A stretch of 64,000 nucleotides of DNA, from the IMG/VR virus record IMGVR_UViG_3300036770_004568, positions 18,611 to 82,610 of that record; one strand, 5' to 3'. The number at the start of each line of letters is the position of its first letter. Positions within the stretch are counted from its first letter, which is position 1. The translations under genes were made by a program, and so were the position numbers. This stretch comes from a virus. Below, in pieces: positions 29,651 to 39,500 of the stretch. A model generated the notes under the pieces. It ran no database searches, was not told where the DNA came from, and saw only the letters and a program-made list of their open reading frames with translations.

Positions 29651-29784
29651 CTCTTGCCCTGTCCTCTCAGTTTTTTCCGTCCTGAGCGATGCGGCCTGGA
29701 GTGTTGGCCCTGACCCTGGCACGTGGTTTTAGGTCGTCCTGGGATGTGCTCAACGCGCATGGACGATTTACCTTTACTCCCCAT
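29647..29784 (-). CDS. small basic protein (45 aa, not in the ORF track)
   Basis: MGSKGKSSMRVEHIPGRPKTTCQGQGQHSRPHRSGRKKLRGQGKS; resembles small K/R-rich phage proteins ending RGQG. Confidence 0.6.
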   Translation of the reverse strand: MGSKGKSSMRVEHIPGRPKTTCQGQGQHSRPHRSGRKKLRGQGKS

Positions 29785-29819
29785 CTGGAATTCCGCAGAT
29801 AGAGATAGTCTATTGCGAC

Positions 29820-30392
29820 CTAACGGATCACCTCAACCCGTAGTCGATCCGGTGGTACACCATCAATCACACCATTGCGGATGCTGCCATAACGATAGAT
29901 CTTCCCCTGTAGATTAATCGTATCTTGAGGCCCAAAGTTCTTGATTAGTACCCGCTGCAAGTGATTAAGAGGATGGCAAGGAAAGCCGTGCTTCTCACTG
30001 CATTTAGCCACATCAATGCGATTGGTAAACGTAAATCGATCTGGTGCCTGATCATTTCCAAAATCGACAACACCTCCACTCTGCTTGGAAATAATGTGCC
30101 CTTGTGGTCCAAACTCAAGGGTATCAGCCGCATTGCTACCAACAAACCGCCAACGTGTAAAGATGCCTCGATCCAGGTAGTAGCCAGTCACAGAGCCACG
30201 TGGGTCGTTCTGGCGTTTATTGGTACCTGCTGTTTTCATCACCAAACCTGTTAGGTGATCAGCAGGCGCAGCTGTGCGAATCGCTAGGACGCGGGCACCA
30301 TCTGTGCGTTGCAGTTGGACAGTCAGACCGGCTGTCGGCAGTGCATTCCAGTTGGTCCAAGCAGCCAGCAAAGTAACAAGAATAGGATTCAT
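29820..30392 (-). CDS. hypothetical protein with a signal-peptide-like N-terminus
   Basis: 190 aa; MNPILVTLLAAW. Confidence 0.6.
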   Translation of the reverse strand: MNPILVTLLAAWTNWNALPTAGLTVQLQRTDGARVLAIRTAAPADHLTGLVMKTAGTNKRQNDPRGSVTGYYLDRGIFTRWRFVGSNAADTLEFGPQGHIISKQSGGVVDFGNDQAPDRFTFTNRIDVAKCSEKHGFPCHPLNHLQRVLIKNFGPQDTINLQGKIYRYGSIRNGVIDGVPPDRLRVEVIR

Positions 30393-30586
30393 GACTTATA
30401 CACTGATCTATATAACAACTCTATTCGATAATACCGTGGGTTACAACTATAAGTTAATCTATTAACAGTATAATGCTTGTCTTCAGTGCAGATGTCACTG
30501 GTCATATTACACACAGTACGCGGCTCAGTATTGTGTATTGAGGCTGCAAAACTGTTGGCGGGAGTCGAAGCGAAAACAGTACATGG

Positions 30587-31861
30587 CTAGAGGGTTATGG
30601 ATTGCAAGATGTTGTTCTGCAGCCGTTGGCCCCAATACGTGAGGCGGCGGATCGTGCCGTTTAGGTTAAAGCTAGAGCTACCGTACTGTCCTCCTAGTGC
30701 TGCCTGGTTAATAACACTTGAGGGGGTTCCACTGTTGTCTGTCACCACAGAACCACCATTTACAACTGCAGCAAAATCGTCCGTTTTGTATGCAAATGTG
30801 GCACGCCGCCTGCGTACACCAGTAAGCCCTAAGGGAAAGAGAACGGCTTGATCTACCCCGGATGTCCGAGAATGCCCCGTGCCAAGACTTTCCGTGTTAT
30901 ACGCAATTTGAATTATATCGTTACCTGTGTTGCGAGCATCAAATACATGTGGAAAAAAGTTAGAAGGTACCGCAAACTCTCGGTAGGCATCAGCAAACAC
31001 CGTCCCCTCATCTTGCCGATACCACGAACTGAAATTAGTCCCGGAAATCGACGCCACATCAGCCGTGCGCGTGGCGGCGGTGCCGGTGGTGGGGATGACT
31101 GAGGACACAAACGCCCCCTGCTCAAGCTGGGGTAGGCCGATGCGGAGGGTGATGTCGATGGCCTGGCCAATGATCGAGGTGAAATACACACCGGACTGAA
31201 CAAAACTGGTTGTTCCACCCATTGACGGGCGTGCAATTGATAAGCGAGATGCGGCACTGAAACTAGATCCGGCTGAACTCCAAAGCGCATTGGATTCCGT
31301 GACGTACCCACCAGCCCCGTTTCGCTCAATTACTCGAATGAACTGGTTTGCAGTTCCATTCAATGTTCCACCGATGATGGCAATGTAAGCAGATCCAGTC
31401 CATGCCTGCCCACTGCTTGCAGCAATAGCCGTGTTTGCATCAAAGTTTACTGACCACCCGCTGGTATCCCCAGCCGTGCCGCTTACTCGAATGTCGATAT
31501 ACGCGATGCCGCTTTGCGTGCCGGTTGCTACGACTTGACTGGTGAGCCCAGTACCCAATGAACTCTGCACCCAATTCGTCGGCAACGTCCCCGGCGTACC
31601 AGCAACAGCACCCACCATCGTGTTGTTGCGAATGCTGTTGGTTCTGCTCTCCTCAACTAACAGCCCTAGACTCTCGCCCGTTGTTGGATTGTGATCAAAC
31701 CGAGGTTCATTCACACCAGCCGCTCGCAGGATACCCTGTGCATCTGTATAGGTTCCTGTGCTATTACGCGTGAAGGTAATCCGTGGATCGAGACGCTTGG
31801 TCTTGGCAAAGTTTAAATTCAGACTTGGACGTATTGTGGGATAGAGACTTGAAATAGCCAT
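30587..31861 (-). CDS. virion fibre/spike protein (paralogue)
   Basis: PSLNLNFA, LDPRITFTR, PRFDHNP..GLLVEE. Confidence 0.75.
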   Translation of the reverse strand: MAISSLYPTIRPSLNLNFAKTKRLDPRITFTRNSTGTYTDAQGILRAAGVNEPRFDHNPTTGESLGLLVEESRTNSIRNNTMVGAVAGTPGTLPTNWVQSSLGTGLTSQVVATGTQSGIAYIDIRVSGTAGDTSGWSVNFDANTAIAASSGQAWTGSAYIAIIGGTLNGTANQFIRVIERNGAGGYVTESNALWSSAGSSFSAASRLSIARPSMGGTTSFVQSGVYFTSIIGQAIDITLRIGLPQLEQGAFVSSVIPTTGTAATRTADVASISGTNFSSWYRQDEGTVFADAYREFAVPSNFFPHVFDARNTGNDIIQIAYNTESLGTGHSRTSGVDQAVLFPLGLTGVRRRRATFAYKTDDFAAVVNGGSVVTDNSGTPSSVINQAALGGQYGSSSFNLNGTIRRLTYWGQRLQNNILQSITL

Positions 31862-31866
31862 GGTGT

Positions 31867-33078
31867 TTACCTCGTCAGAGCTTGAAGTGTTGTATTGCTT
31901 AATCGCGCTGGCCAGTAGGTTAGACGTTTTATATGTCCATTAAGCGTAAGCAGTCCTGACAGTGATTGACCAATTGACATTTCATTTAATTCAACCGGCA
32001 AAGTTCCACTTGCATCTATAGATACTGATCCACCGCTTACGGATCTTGCATAGTCGTCTCTTTTTATACCAACAGCGCTTTTCTTGGGTCCTGCTAGTAG
32101 TCCTGTGGAAAAATCTGCTGATACCGGCCCAGAGTCAGAACTATAAACACTATTTGAAAGCACGGTTGGACCACCACTCCAAATCCATTGTCGAATAAAG
32201 TTTGTGTTCGGTAAGCTAGTGTTGAATATTTGGTAATAGGCTCGACTGGTGGAACTAGCATATGGATAATCTGTAGCCTCACAATAAACCGTCCCTTGAT
32301 TCTGTGAATACCAACTAGAAAATCTTGACCCCGTCATTGACACGACATCAGCACCTCTCGTGACAGCCGCAGCACCGGTCGGGATGTAGCTGGTAGGGAA
32401 GGCACCGACTTCCAGTTGCGCACCCCAAACTAGGATGTCAATAGAGTTAGTTGTGTTTATAGTACCTCTTGTTCCTATTTGGATACGATCTGCTGTTAAG
32501 GCAATATTAGTGCTTGTTATTGTGTATCTCTGCCACTCCGTAGTGACAATCGCTAGGCTGCCTCCGCTACCTGTCTCATTTCGGAAATAAACCTCTTGGG
32601 TTGCACCTGTGTTCGACTTCATCCACACGCTGATGCTTATGGTGTGGGGGTTGGAAAGTCCCGATACTGGCTGAATGAGCGTCGATTGATCTCCAGACGT
32701 GTTGCCCGCTCCCCTGTCTGCTTGAAGGCGATCTGCAACCATCAAGCCGTTTGGGGCCAGGGCATAATTAGGGGTCACAAACGGAGCGGATCCTGTTCCA
32801 GTGACAGTTGAAGTCCACGGGTTCTGATCAAACTCCTCACTCCTGAGCAGCAAGTTCTGCCGCTGCTCCTCCACCAATAGCCCCAGGCACTCGCCAGTCA
32901 CGGGGTCATGGTCAAACCGTGGTTCATTCACCGCAGCCGTGCGGATGATTCCTTGTGCATCCGTGTAGGTCCCAATGCTGTTGCGGCTGAAGGTGATCCG
33001 AGGATCCAGCCGTCCTGCATTGCTGAAATCCAGATTCAGCTCTGGTTCAATCGTGGGATACAGCGATGCAATGCTCAT
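31867..33078 (-). CDS. virion fibre/spike protein (paralogue)
   Basis: Same module set; WGAQLEVGAFPTSYIPT. Confidence 0.75.
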   Translation of the reverse strand: MSIASLYPTIEPELNLDFSNAGRLDPRITFSRNSIGTYTDAQGIIRTAAVNEPRFDHDPVTGECLGLLVEEQRQNLLLRSEEFDQNPWTSTVTGTGSAPFVTPNYALAPNGLMVADRLQADRGAGNTSGDQSTLIQPVSGLSNPHTISISVWMKSNTGATQEVYFRNETGSGGSLAIVTTEWQRYTITSTNIALTADRIQIGTRGTINTTNSIDILVWGAQLEVGAFPTSYIPTGAAAVTRGADVVSMTGSRFSSWYSQNQGTVYCEATDYPYASSTSRAYYQIFNTSLPNTNFIRQWIWSGGPTVLSNSVYSSDSGPVSADFSTGLLAGPKKSAVGIKRDDYARSVSGGSVSIDASGTLPVELNEMSIGQSLSGLLTLNGHIKRLTYWPARLSNTTLQALTR

Positions 33079-33080
33079 GC

Positions 33081-33581
33081 CTACTCCTCAATCACAGGCT
33101 CTTCTGCAGGAGGCTCAAGCTCTTGCACAGGTGCTTCCGGTTCCACTGCGACTTCAGGCTCCGGTTCCACCACCACAGACGCTTGGACCTGGACCTCTGG
33201 CCTGCTGTAGGTCAGCAGCTCTTCAATCCGCTCGACCTCAATCAGCCCCGCTCCAGCCAGTAGCTCCAGTCCTGGTGCCAGGCGTGGATCGTCCATGGCG
33301 ATCTTCGGAGACTCGGTCAACTGATCAATCAGGGCAGCCACCTCAGGTGATTGCTCAGCAGCAGCCAGGATCGTGCCATATTCCGTCGCGGTGAACCGTC
33401 GAATAAACGCACTGGAGGTAATCACACCAACGCCAAAGAGTTCGGCATAGCTGCGTCCTTGGTTCTCAATGAATTCAGTGGCAAGGGCCTCAGGTGTGAC
33501 GCCATTGCGGTTGGCAGCTTCCACCCATCCATCAATCAATCGAGGATCCGTAATCGTAATTGTCAGAGTCTCTAGAGCCAT
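33081..33581 (-). CDS. hypothetical fibre-associated protein
   Basis: 166 aa with an acidic Pro/Glu tail; lies within the fibre cluster. Confidence 0.65.
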   Translation of the reverse strand: MALETLTITITDPRLIDGWVEAANRNGVTPEALATEFIENQGRSYAELFGVGVITSSAFIRRFTATEYGTILAAAEQSPEVAALIDQLTESPKIAMDDPRLAPGLELLAGAGLIEVERIEELLTYSRPEVQVQASVVVEPEPEVAVEPEAPVQELEPPAEEPVIEE

Positions 33582-33620
33582 ACCATGTCTTGATCTATTG
33601 TTCTATTCTATCGCGACCTA

Positions 33621-36410
33621 TCAGCAGAGCCGATAACTCACAAATGTATTCGCCGCTGTTCTGCGGGATGCAAACCGCGCTGATGTTCCTGCGGCTACGG
33701 TACGTGAACCAATCAATGTATGACCTGTTCCATCGTTTACGGTGACTGCATTGGTGGCACCAGTATTAACCACACTCCATTCAAATGTCATATTGGCGTA
33801 GACATTAATGAATCCAGCCTCGGTTAGTGTGCCGGTTGGTAGCGTCATGGTGACAGGCGATGCTGTAGTGCTGGTGATAATCCCAGTTTTTAAATTATCA
33901 ATACTTAGCGTGGCCGTTGCGTCAACAGCAGCAGGAGCAACTTGGGCATAAGTCTGTATCCCTTCATTGCTAATGCGGAACCGCTCCACACTGTCAATCT
34001 TGACTGTCAGTGGCTTGCCAACTTCTAATCCAGTGGTGCTGTTCCATAGCAAGTTGGCATCACCCGCTTGTGCACCACTCAGGTTGTAGGTCAGTTGGCC
34101 GCTCGCCCCAGCGACCAGGGCCACGGTGCCCGAGGCGTCGGGGAACGAAATCGTCCGATTGGCAGTGGCTGTGACCGTCTGAAGTGTGGTGGTAAAGCTT
34201 GCTCCATCACTGAGGTTGACATCCTTATACGCCACCAGATTGCCAGTGGCATCAATCTCACAGGCCGCTACACCCGCCGTACTAAAGCCAATGCGATTGG
34301 CACCAGGGCTGTAGATACCGGTATCGGTGTCAGTTCCTGGATAGATCGAGGGCAGGGCTGCAGTCCCAAGCGGAATGCTGAGGCGTCCTGTGGCACTGAT
34401 GTTGAAGACGCTGGTGCCATTGACTTGCGCATCCAGCAGCCGTCCTGTGAACCCTGAAGCGGCATTGATTCCAAGGCCTGTGCCACTGGTGCTCCAAGCG
34501 GTGCTGGTGGTGCCAAAGGGTTCCAGGAGCAGTTGGGGTTTGGTGGTCGTGGTTGTACCGCCTGTGAACCACGCTCCAGTGACCTGCAGACCTGGTATGG
34601 AGTCCGTACCGGCTCCCGTGATGGCAGCAATTCCAGCACTGATGGCTGTGGCGTCTTGGAACGCCATGGAGCCCAGGTAGCCATTGAGCGGAATCTGGTT
34701 GGGTGCCGTACCGATGTCTGCACTGGAAACCACCAGATGCTGAACCCCGTTGACGGTCTCCGAGATCGTGCCATTAACCACCAAGGCAGAGCTATTGGTG
34801 TTGGTGGTCGTGCCAATGAGAACACGTCCTGTACTGTCAATTCTTAGACGTTCCGTGGGGAACAGCGCTCCAGATGCCGTAGTTTGAAGAATGAGCCGCC
34901 CTGGCATACTGGTAGAGCTTGGTGTTCCATCTGATTCACAGAGGATTGCTCCAACGACACTATTGATGTCCGTACCATTGGCACCATAATACTGAATGGC
35001 ACCAATTACATCATTTGACTGTACAATCGCATTGCTTCCTGTAGTCGTCCCCCTTGACTTACCAAGATTTATAGTCGCCCCAAATGTGTCATTTGTATTT
35101 CTGATTATGGAAGCACTGGATGTTCCTGCATCTGTTCCTTCAACTTGTAGAACTCTTGTTACACCAGCTTGCCGTGCTGTGCTAATTCCAATCAGAAGCC
35201 TTCCAGAACTATCAAACCTTGCCTTTTCCGACCCTCCATTAGCAAAGATAAAGTTGTTGCTAGCAAAATAAGAGTCTGCTGTTCCTGCACCATAAAAGTT
35301 CCATCGATTGGTTCCAGCATCAATATTGCTTACAAATCCATAGTTATTTGTTGCTCCAGTTAGACCTGATGCAAAAAATCCTCTTTGTGTTGTAATTGTA
35401 GCCCCTGCTCCGAATGCTCCTGGCTGTGATGCACTAAAATGATTAAAACTCGGGACTGTATATGATCCTGCGCTTGCATACGCAAGGGATCCAAACGACA
35501 CATGCTGGATTGTGGTATTTGCATTGACACTTCCGCGCCAGACTATTCCATTTGAATATCCACTTGAAGCGGCTGTCACTCTTACTGTAACTCTGTCTGC
35601 AGGATCAGCAGCTCCTGCTATTCCAATTCGCCCTTGGTTGTCAATTCGTAATCGTTCAGATGGAGATGATGATCCATCTGCAGAAGTACTAAAAACAATG
35701 CGTCCAGGCATTGATCCAGTACCGGGTGTTCCATCTATTTCTCCGCCAATTCTTGCTGCACGTAGATGGGTAGCGCCATCTGATGCTGTAAAGAAGATTG
35801 ATCCTGCAACATCATTATTGACGGCAGTAGCATGACCGTTAATTGTTGTTGTATTGCTACGACCAAGCTGAAGTGTACCTCCACCGTTGGCTGCTGTATT
35901 AAACAGCATGGCTGACAGCGTTGATCCTGCATATGAGATACTTGATAGTTGAACACTTGGTTGATATACCGCTCCATCACCAGCAGGTACACTAGCAACA
36001 GCTGTTGTTCCAATTAAAATCCTTCCAAAATTATCAATACGGACCCTTTCTGCTCCTGCAGTCGACAATGACAGGATGTCAGCACTTGGACTAAATAGTC
36101 CCGTATTTGGATCGTCTACAAACGCTAATGCGGGAAGCAGTGCAGTGCCAAGTGACTTGATTTCAACCTGTCCATTGCTGTCAATCAGCAGTCTCTGAAC
36201 ACCTGCTGTGCTAATGGCTAGCTGATCTGCTCCAGGGCTATAGAGTCCTGTATTGCGATCTCCAGTGATATAAAGGCTTGGCAGTGCAGCAGTACCAAGA
36301 CCCAGTCCTAGAGGATGAATTGCATCGGCGTTCTGGAACGCAAGAGTTCCAAGCATCCCATTGGTTGGGACTTGGTTGAAATCAGTACCAATGAGAAGCT
36401 TTTGAGGCAT
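33621..36410 (-). CDS. tail fibre-like protein
   Basis: 929 aa; ERLRIDS and NTGLYSPGAD repeats; shares a long block with 36558-41711. Confidence 0.75.
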   Translation of the reverse strand: MPQKLLIGTDFNQVPTNGMLGTLAFQNADAIHPLGLGLGTAALPSLYITGDRNTGLYSPGADQLAISTAGVQRLLIDSNGQVEIKSLGTALLPALAFVDDPNTGLFSPSADILSLSTAGAERVRIDNFGRILIGTTAVASVPAGDGAVYQPSVQLSSISYAGSTLSAMLFNTAANGGGTLQLGRSNTTTINGHATAVNNDVAGSIFFTASDGATHLRAARIGGEIDGTPGTGSMPGRIVFSTSADGSSSPSERLRIDNQGRIGIAGAADPADRVTVRVTAASSGYSNGIVWRGSVNANTTIQHVSFGSLAYASAGSYTVPSFNHFSASQPGAFGAGATITTQRGFFASGLTGATNNYGFVSNIDAGTNRWNFYGAGTADSYFASNNFIFANGGSEKARFDSSGRLLIGISTARQAGVTRVLQVEGTDAGTSSASIIRNTNDTFGATINLGKSRGTTTGSNAIVQSNDVIGAIQYYGANGTDINSVVGAILCESDGTPSSTSMPGRLILQTTASGALFPTERLRIDSTGRVLIGTTTNTNSSALVVNGTISETVNGVQHLVVSSADIGTAPNQIPLNGYLGSMAFQDATAISAGIAAITGAGTDSIPGLQVTGAWFTGGTTTTTKPQLLLEPFGTTSTAWSTSGTGLGINAASGFTGRLLDAQVNGTSVFNISATGRLSIPLGTAALPSIYPGTDTDTGIYSPGANRIGFSTAGVAACEIDATGNLVAYKDVNLSDGASFTTTLQTVTATANRTISFPDASGTVALVAGASGQLTYNLSGAQAGDANLLWNSTTGLEVGKPLTVKIDSVERFRISNEGIQTYAQVAPAAVDATATLSIDNLKTGIITSTTASPVTMTLPTGTLTEAGFINVYANMTFEWSVVNTGATNAVTVNDGTGHTLIGSRTVAAGTSARFASRRTAANTFVSYRLC

Positions 36411-36557
36411 GCTAGTTCACTCCTGCTCGAACACAACACAGATTCAACTGATTGACCAATCGCTGAAATCCTGAAGTACGCACTTCATTACTATAGTTTA
36501 AGATGACTTCCGTCACTTTACTGTCACCAAGGCTAACCAATCTCATTTTCTATCATC

Positions 36558-39500
36558 CTATTGTGTTAGAGCCTGCAAGGTTGCATTAGGCAGGCGGGCT
36601 GGCCAGTAGGTTATGCGGCGAATGGTACCATTTGCAAATGTAGACGTACCTTGGAAGCTACCAATAAATAAACGGCTCTGACTTACAGGCATGGTGCAGG
36701 TTGCATCAATACCAATAGCTGATGAATTTACTTGTATAGCTGCGTTATTAAGCTGATTAGTCAGGGCTGCTTTATAGGCTGTCATAGAAGGATCGCCTAG
36801 GCTTGCACCGCTTCCAACGCCAACAACCTGTACCCCTCCTGACCAAGAACTTAGAGTAGGTATACCGCTAAGACCTCTAAGCTCCCATCTGTTATTAAGA
36901 GTCGAGTCATCAAACATAAACACGCGTCCCCCAGATTTAATGCTTGCCACATCAGCAAACACCGTCCCCTCATCCTGCCTATACCACGAACTGAAATTCG
37001 TCCCGGAAATCGACGCGACATCAGCCGTGCGCGTCGCGGCGGTGCCGGTGGTGGGGATGTAAGACGTGGGGAATGCTCCGGCTTCTAGTTGGGCGCCCCA
37101 GATGAAGAGGCCACTGGTTCCATCTCCGGTGGTGTTGTTGACGACTTGTGCTCTGAGTCCCGTCTCAGATCCTGTAGTCGCCGTGATGCTAAACCTTACC
37201 CAACCGTCCCGAAGAAACTGAACGCTTGAGCTGAGACCTGTATATGTTCCGCCAATGAAAGATCCGCTTGTAACGCCAGTGGTAAGGTCTACGATTAAAT
37301 CCGCCCTGTTTCCTGAATTGGCAGGATCTCGCAGGATCAATCTAAATGCAGAATGCTCTTTTGCCTTCCCGTAGCAGGAAAGCGTGTACTGGACAGGTGA
37401 GGCTGCTTTTACCAGATCTTGATTTAATGCGCCATTCGCAGCCAGATTTGATGGGATAAGCAAGTCGGCAGTAGTCTGTCCGTCTGGCGCTATCGTTGCG
37501 TTTTGCGTTACCGTTGCAGTTGCTTTTACCCAACTCGCATTGTCAAACTCTTCACTCCTAAGCAGCAAATTCTGCCGCTGCTCCTCGACCAACAACCCCA
37601 GGCACTCGCCCGTGAGCGGGTTGTGGCCAAAGCGTGGTTCATCAATTGACGCTGTACGAAGCACTCCCTGTGAATCGGTATACGTTCCTTCACTTGCACG
37701 AGTAAATGCAATCCGTGGATCCAGACTTTTGGTTTGTGCAAAAGCCAGATCCAGCGTGGGCCTGATGGTCGGGAAATTATTCTCGATGGTTGGGTTGCCG
37801 TCCAGACTGCCAATTGTGAATTTCTGCGTTCCAGCTGTGGTCAGTGCGACTTGATCCCCACCAGGGCTATACAGTCCTGTGTTGGTATCCGTTCCTGGAT
37901 AGATCGATGGCAAAGCTGCTGTTCCCAGCGGAATACTCAGTCGTCCTGTGGCATCAACATTAAAGACGCTCGTCCCATTACTCTGGAGATCAATCAGTCG
38001 CCCCGTAAATCCTGAGGCAGCATTAATTCCCAGTCCTGTTCCACTGGTGCTCCAGGAGTTGCTTGTTGCTCCTGCAGGTTCAATCAGGACTTCTGGTTTG
38101 GTGGTTGATCCTGAACCGCCCGTAAACCAAGCACCTGTGACGCTAATGGCAGGTGTACTGGCTTCGGCTGGTGAACCGACAGTGAGTTGTCTACCCAGCA
38201 GCAGACCTGTTGTGCTGCTCCATGTGAAATTGGCATCTCCGCTCTGTGCTCCTCCCAGGTTGTAGGTCACCTGGCCACTGGCACCAGCCACCAACGCAAT
38301 TGTTCCTGAGGCGTCAGGGAAGGAAATCGTGCGGTTGGCCGTGGCCGTGACGGTCTGCAGCGTCGTGGTGAAGCTGGCACCATCACTCAAGCTGATGTCC
38401 TTGTAGGCCACCAACGTGCCATCGGCAGCCACTTCAGACGCCAGGACGCCTGACGTACTAAAGCCAATGCGGTTGGCACCAGGGCTGTAAATGCCTGTAT
38501 CTGTATCGCTGCCAGGGAAAATTGAAGGCAGAGCAGCGGTACCCAGTGGGATGCTTAGGCGTCCACTAGAGGTGATGTGCAGCAAGCTGGTCCCATTGAC
38601 TTGGGCATCCAGTAACCGCCCTGCAAAACCTGAAACAGCATTGATGCCCAGTCCTGTGCCGCTAGCACTCCAGCCCGTGCTGGTGGTGCCAAACGGTTCG
38701 ATCAGCAGTTGCGGTTTGGTGGTGGTTGAACTGCCGCCTGTGAACCAGGTCCCCGTGATCTGCGTACTAGGAATAGAGTCCGTGCCAGCCCCGGTGACGG
38801 CCAGGATCCCGACGCTGACAGCCACGGAATCTTGGAACGCCATCGATCCCAGATAGCCATTGAGCGGGATTTGGTTGGGTGCTGTACCAATGTCGGCACT
38901 AGAGACCACCAGGTGTTGAACGCCATTGACGGTCTCGGAGATCGTGCCATTGACCACCAGCGCAGAGTTGTTGGTGTTTGTGGTTGTGCCAATCAGGACA
39001 GAGCCAGAGTTGGTAATCCGCAGCCGCTCTACAGGAGCTCCTGATCCTGCTGGCGTGGTGCTGAAGATCAGGCGCCCTGGCATGACTCCAGTACTTGGGG
39101 TTGCATCCACTTCACAGAAAATGGCGCCACCTGAAATCAGTCCTGCTGCTCCATCAGCGCCTTTGAAGTCGATGTAGCCAAGATCATCACCACTGGCAAC
39201 GAGTGTATTGACACCAAGAGATCCACGACTCTTAGAGAAAGTCAGAAGACCTGGGTTGATATTGTTACTGAACTGGGCAATGGCAATTGCTGAACCAGAG
39301 GTTGTTCCAACTTCCAGTGGATGACTGTTGAAAGCCGCCGCCAGGCCAACCAACAGGCGCCCAGAGCTGTCAACACGCAGGCGCTCGGTACTTGCAGTAG
39401 AGATTCCAACTGTATTCGTTGCAGGCAAGAACAGTCCATTCGTCGGCACTGTTGCTGAACTTGGGATCAGGCTAGCTCCGGTGATTGTTCCTGTTGTAAC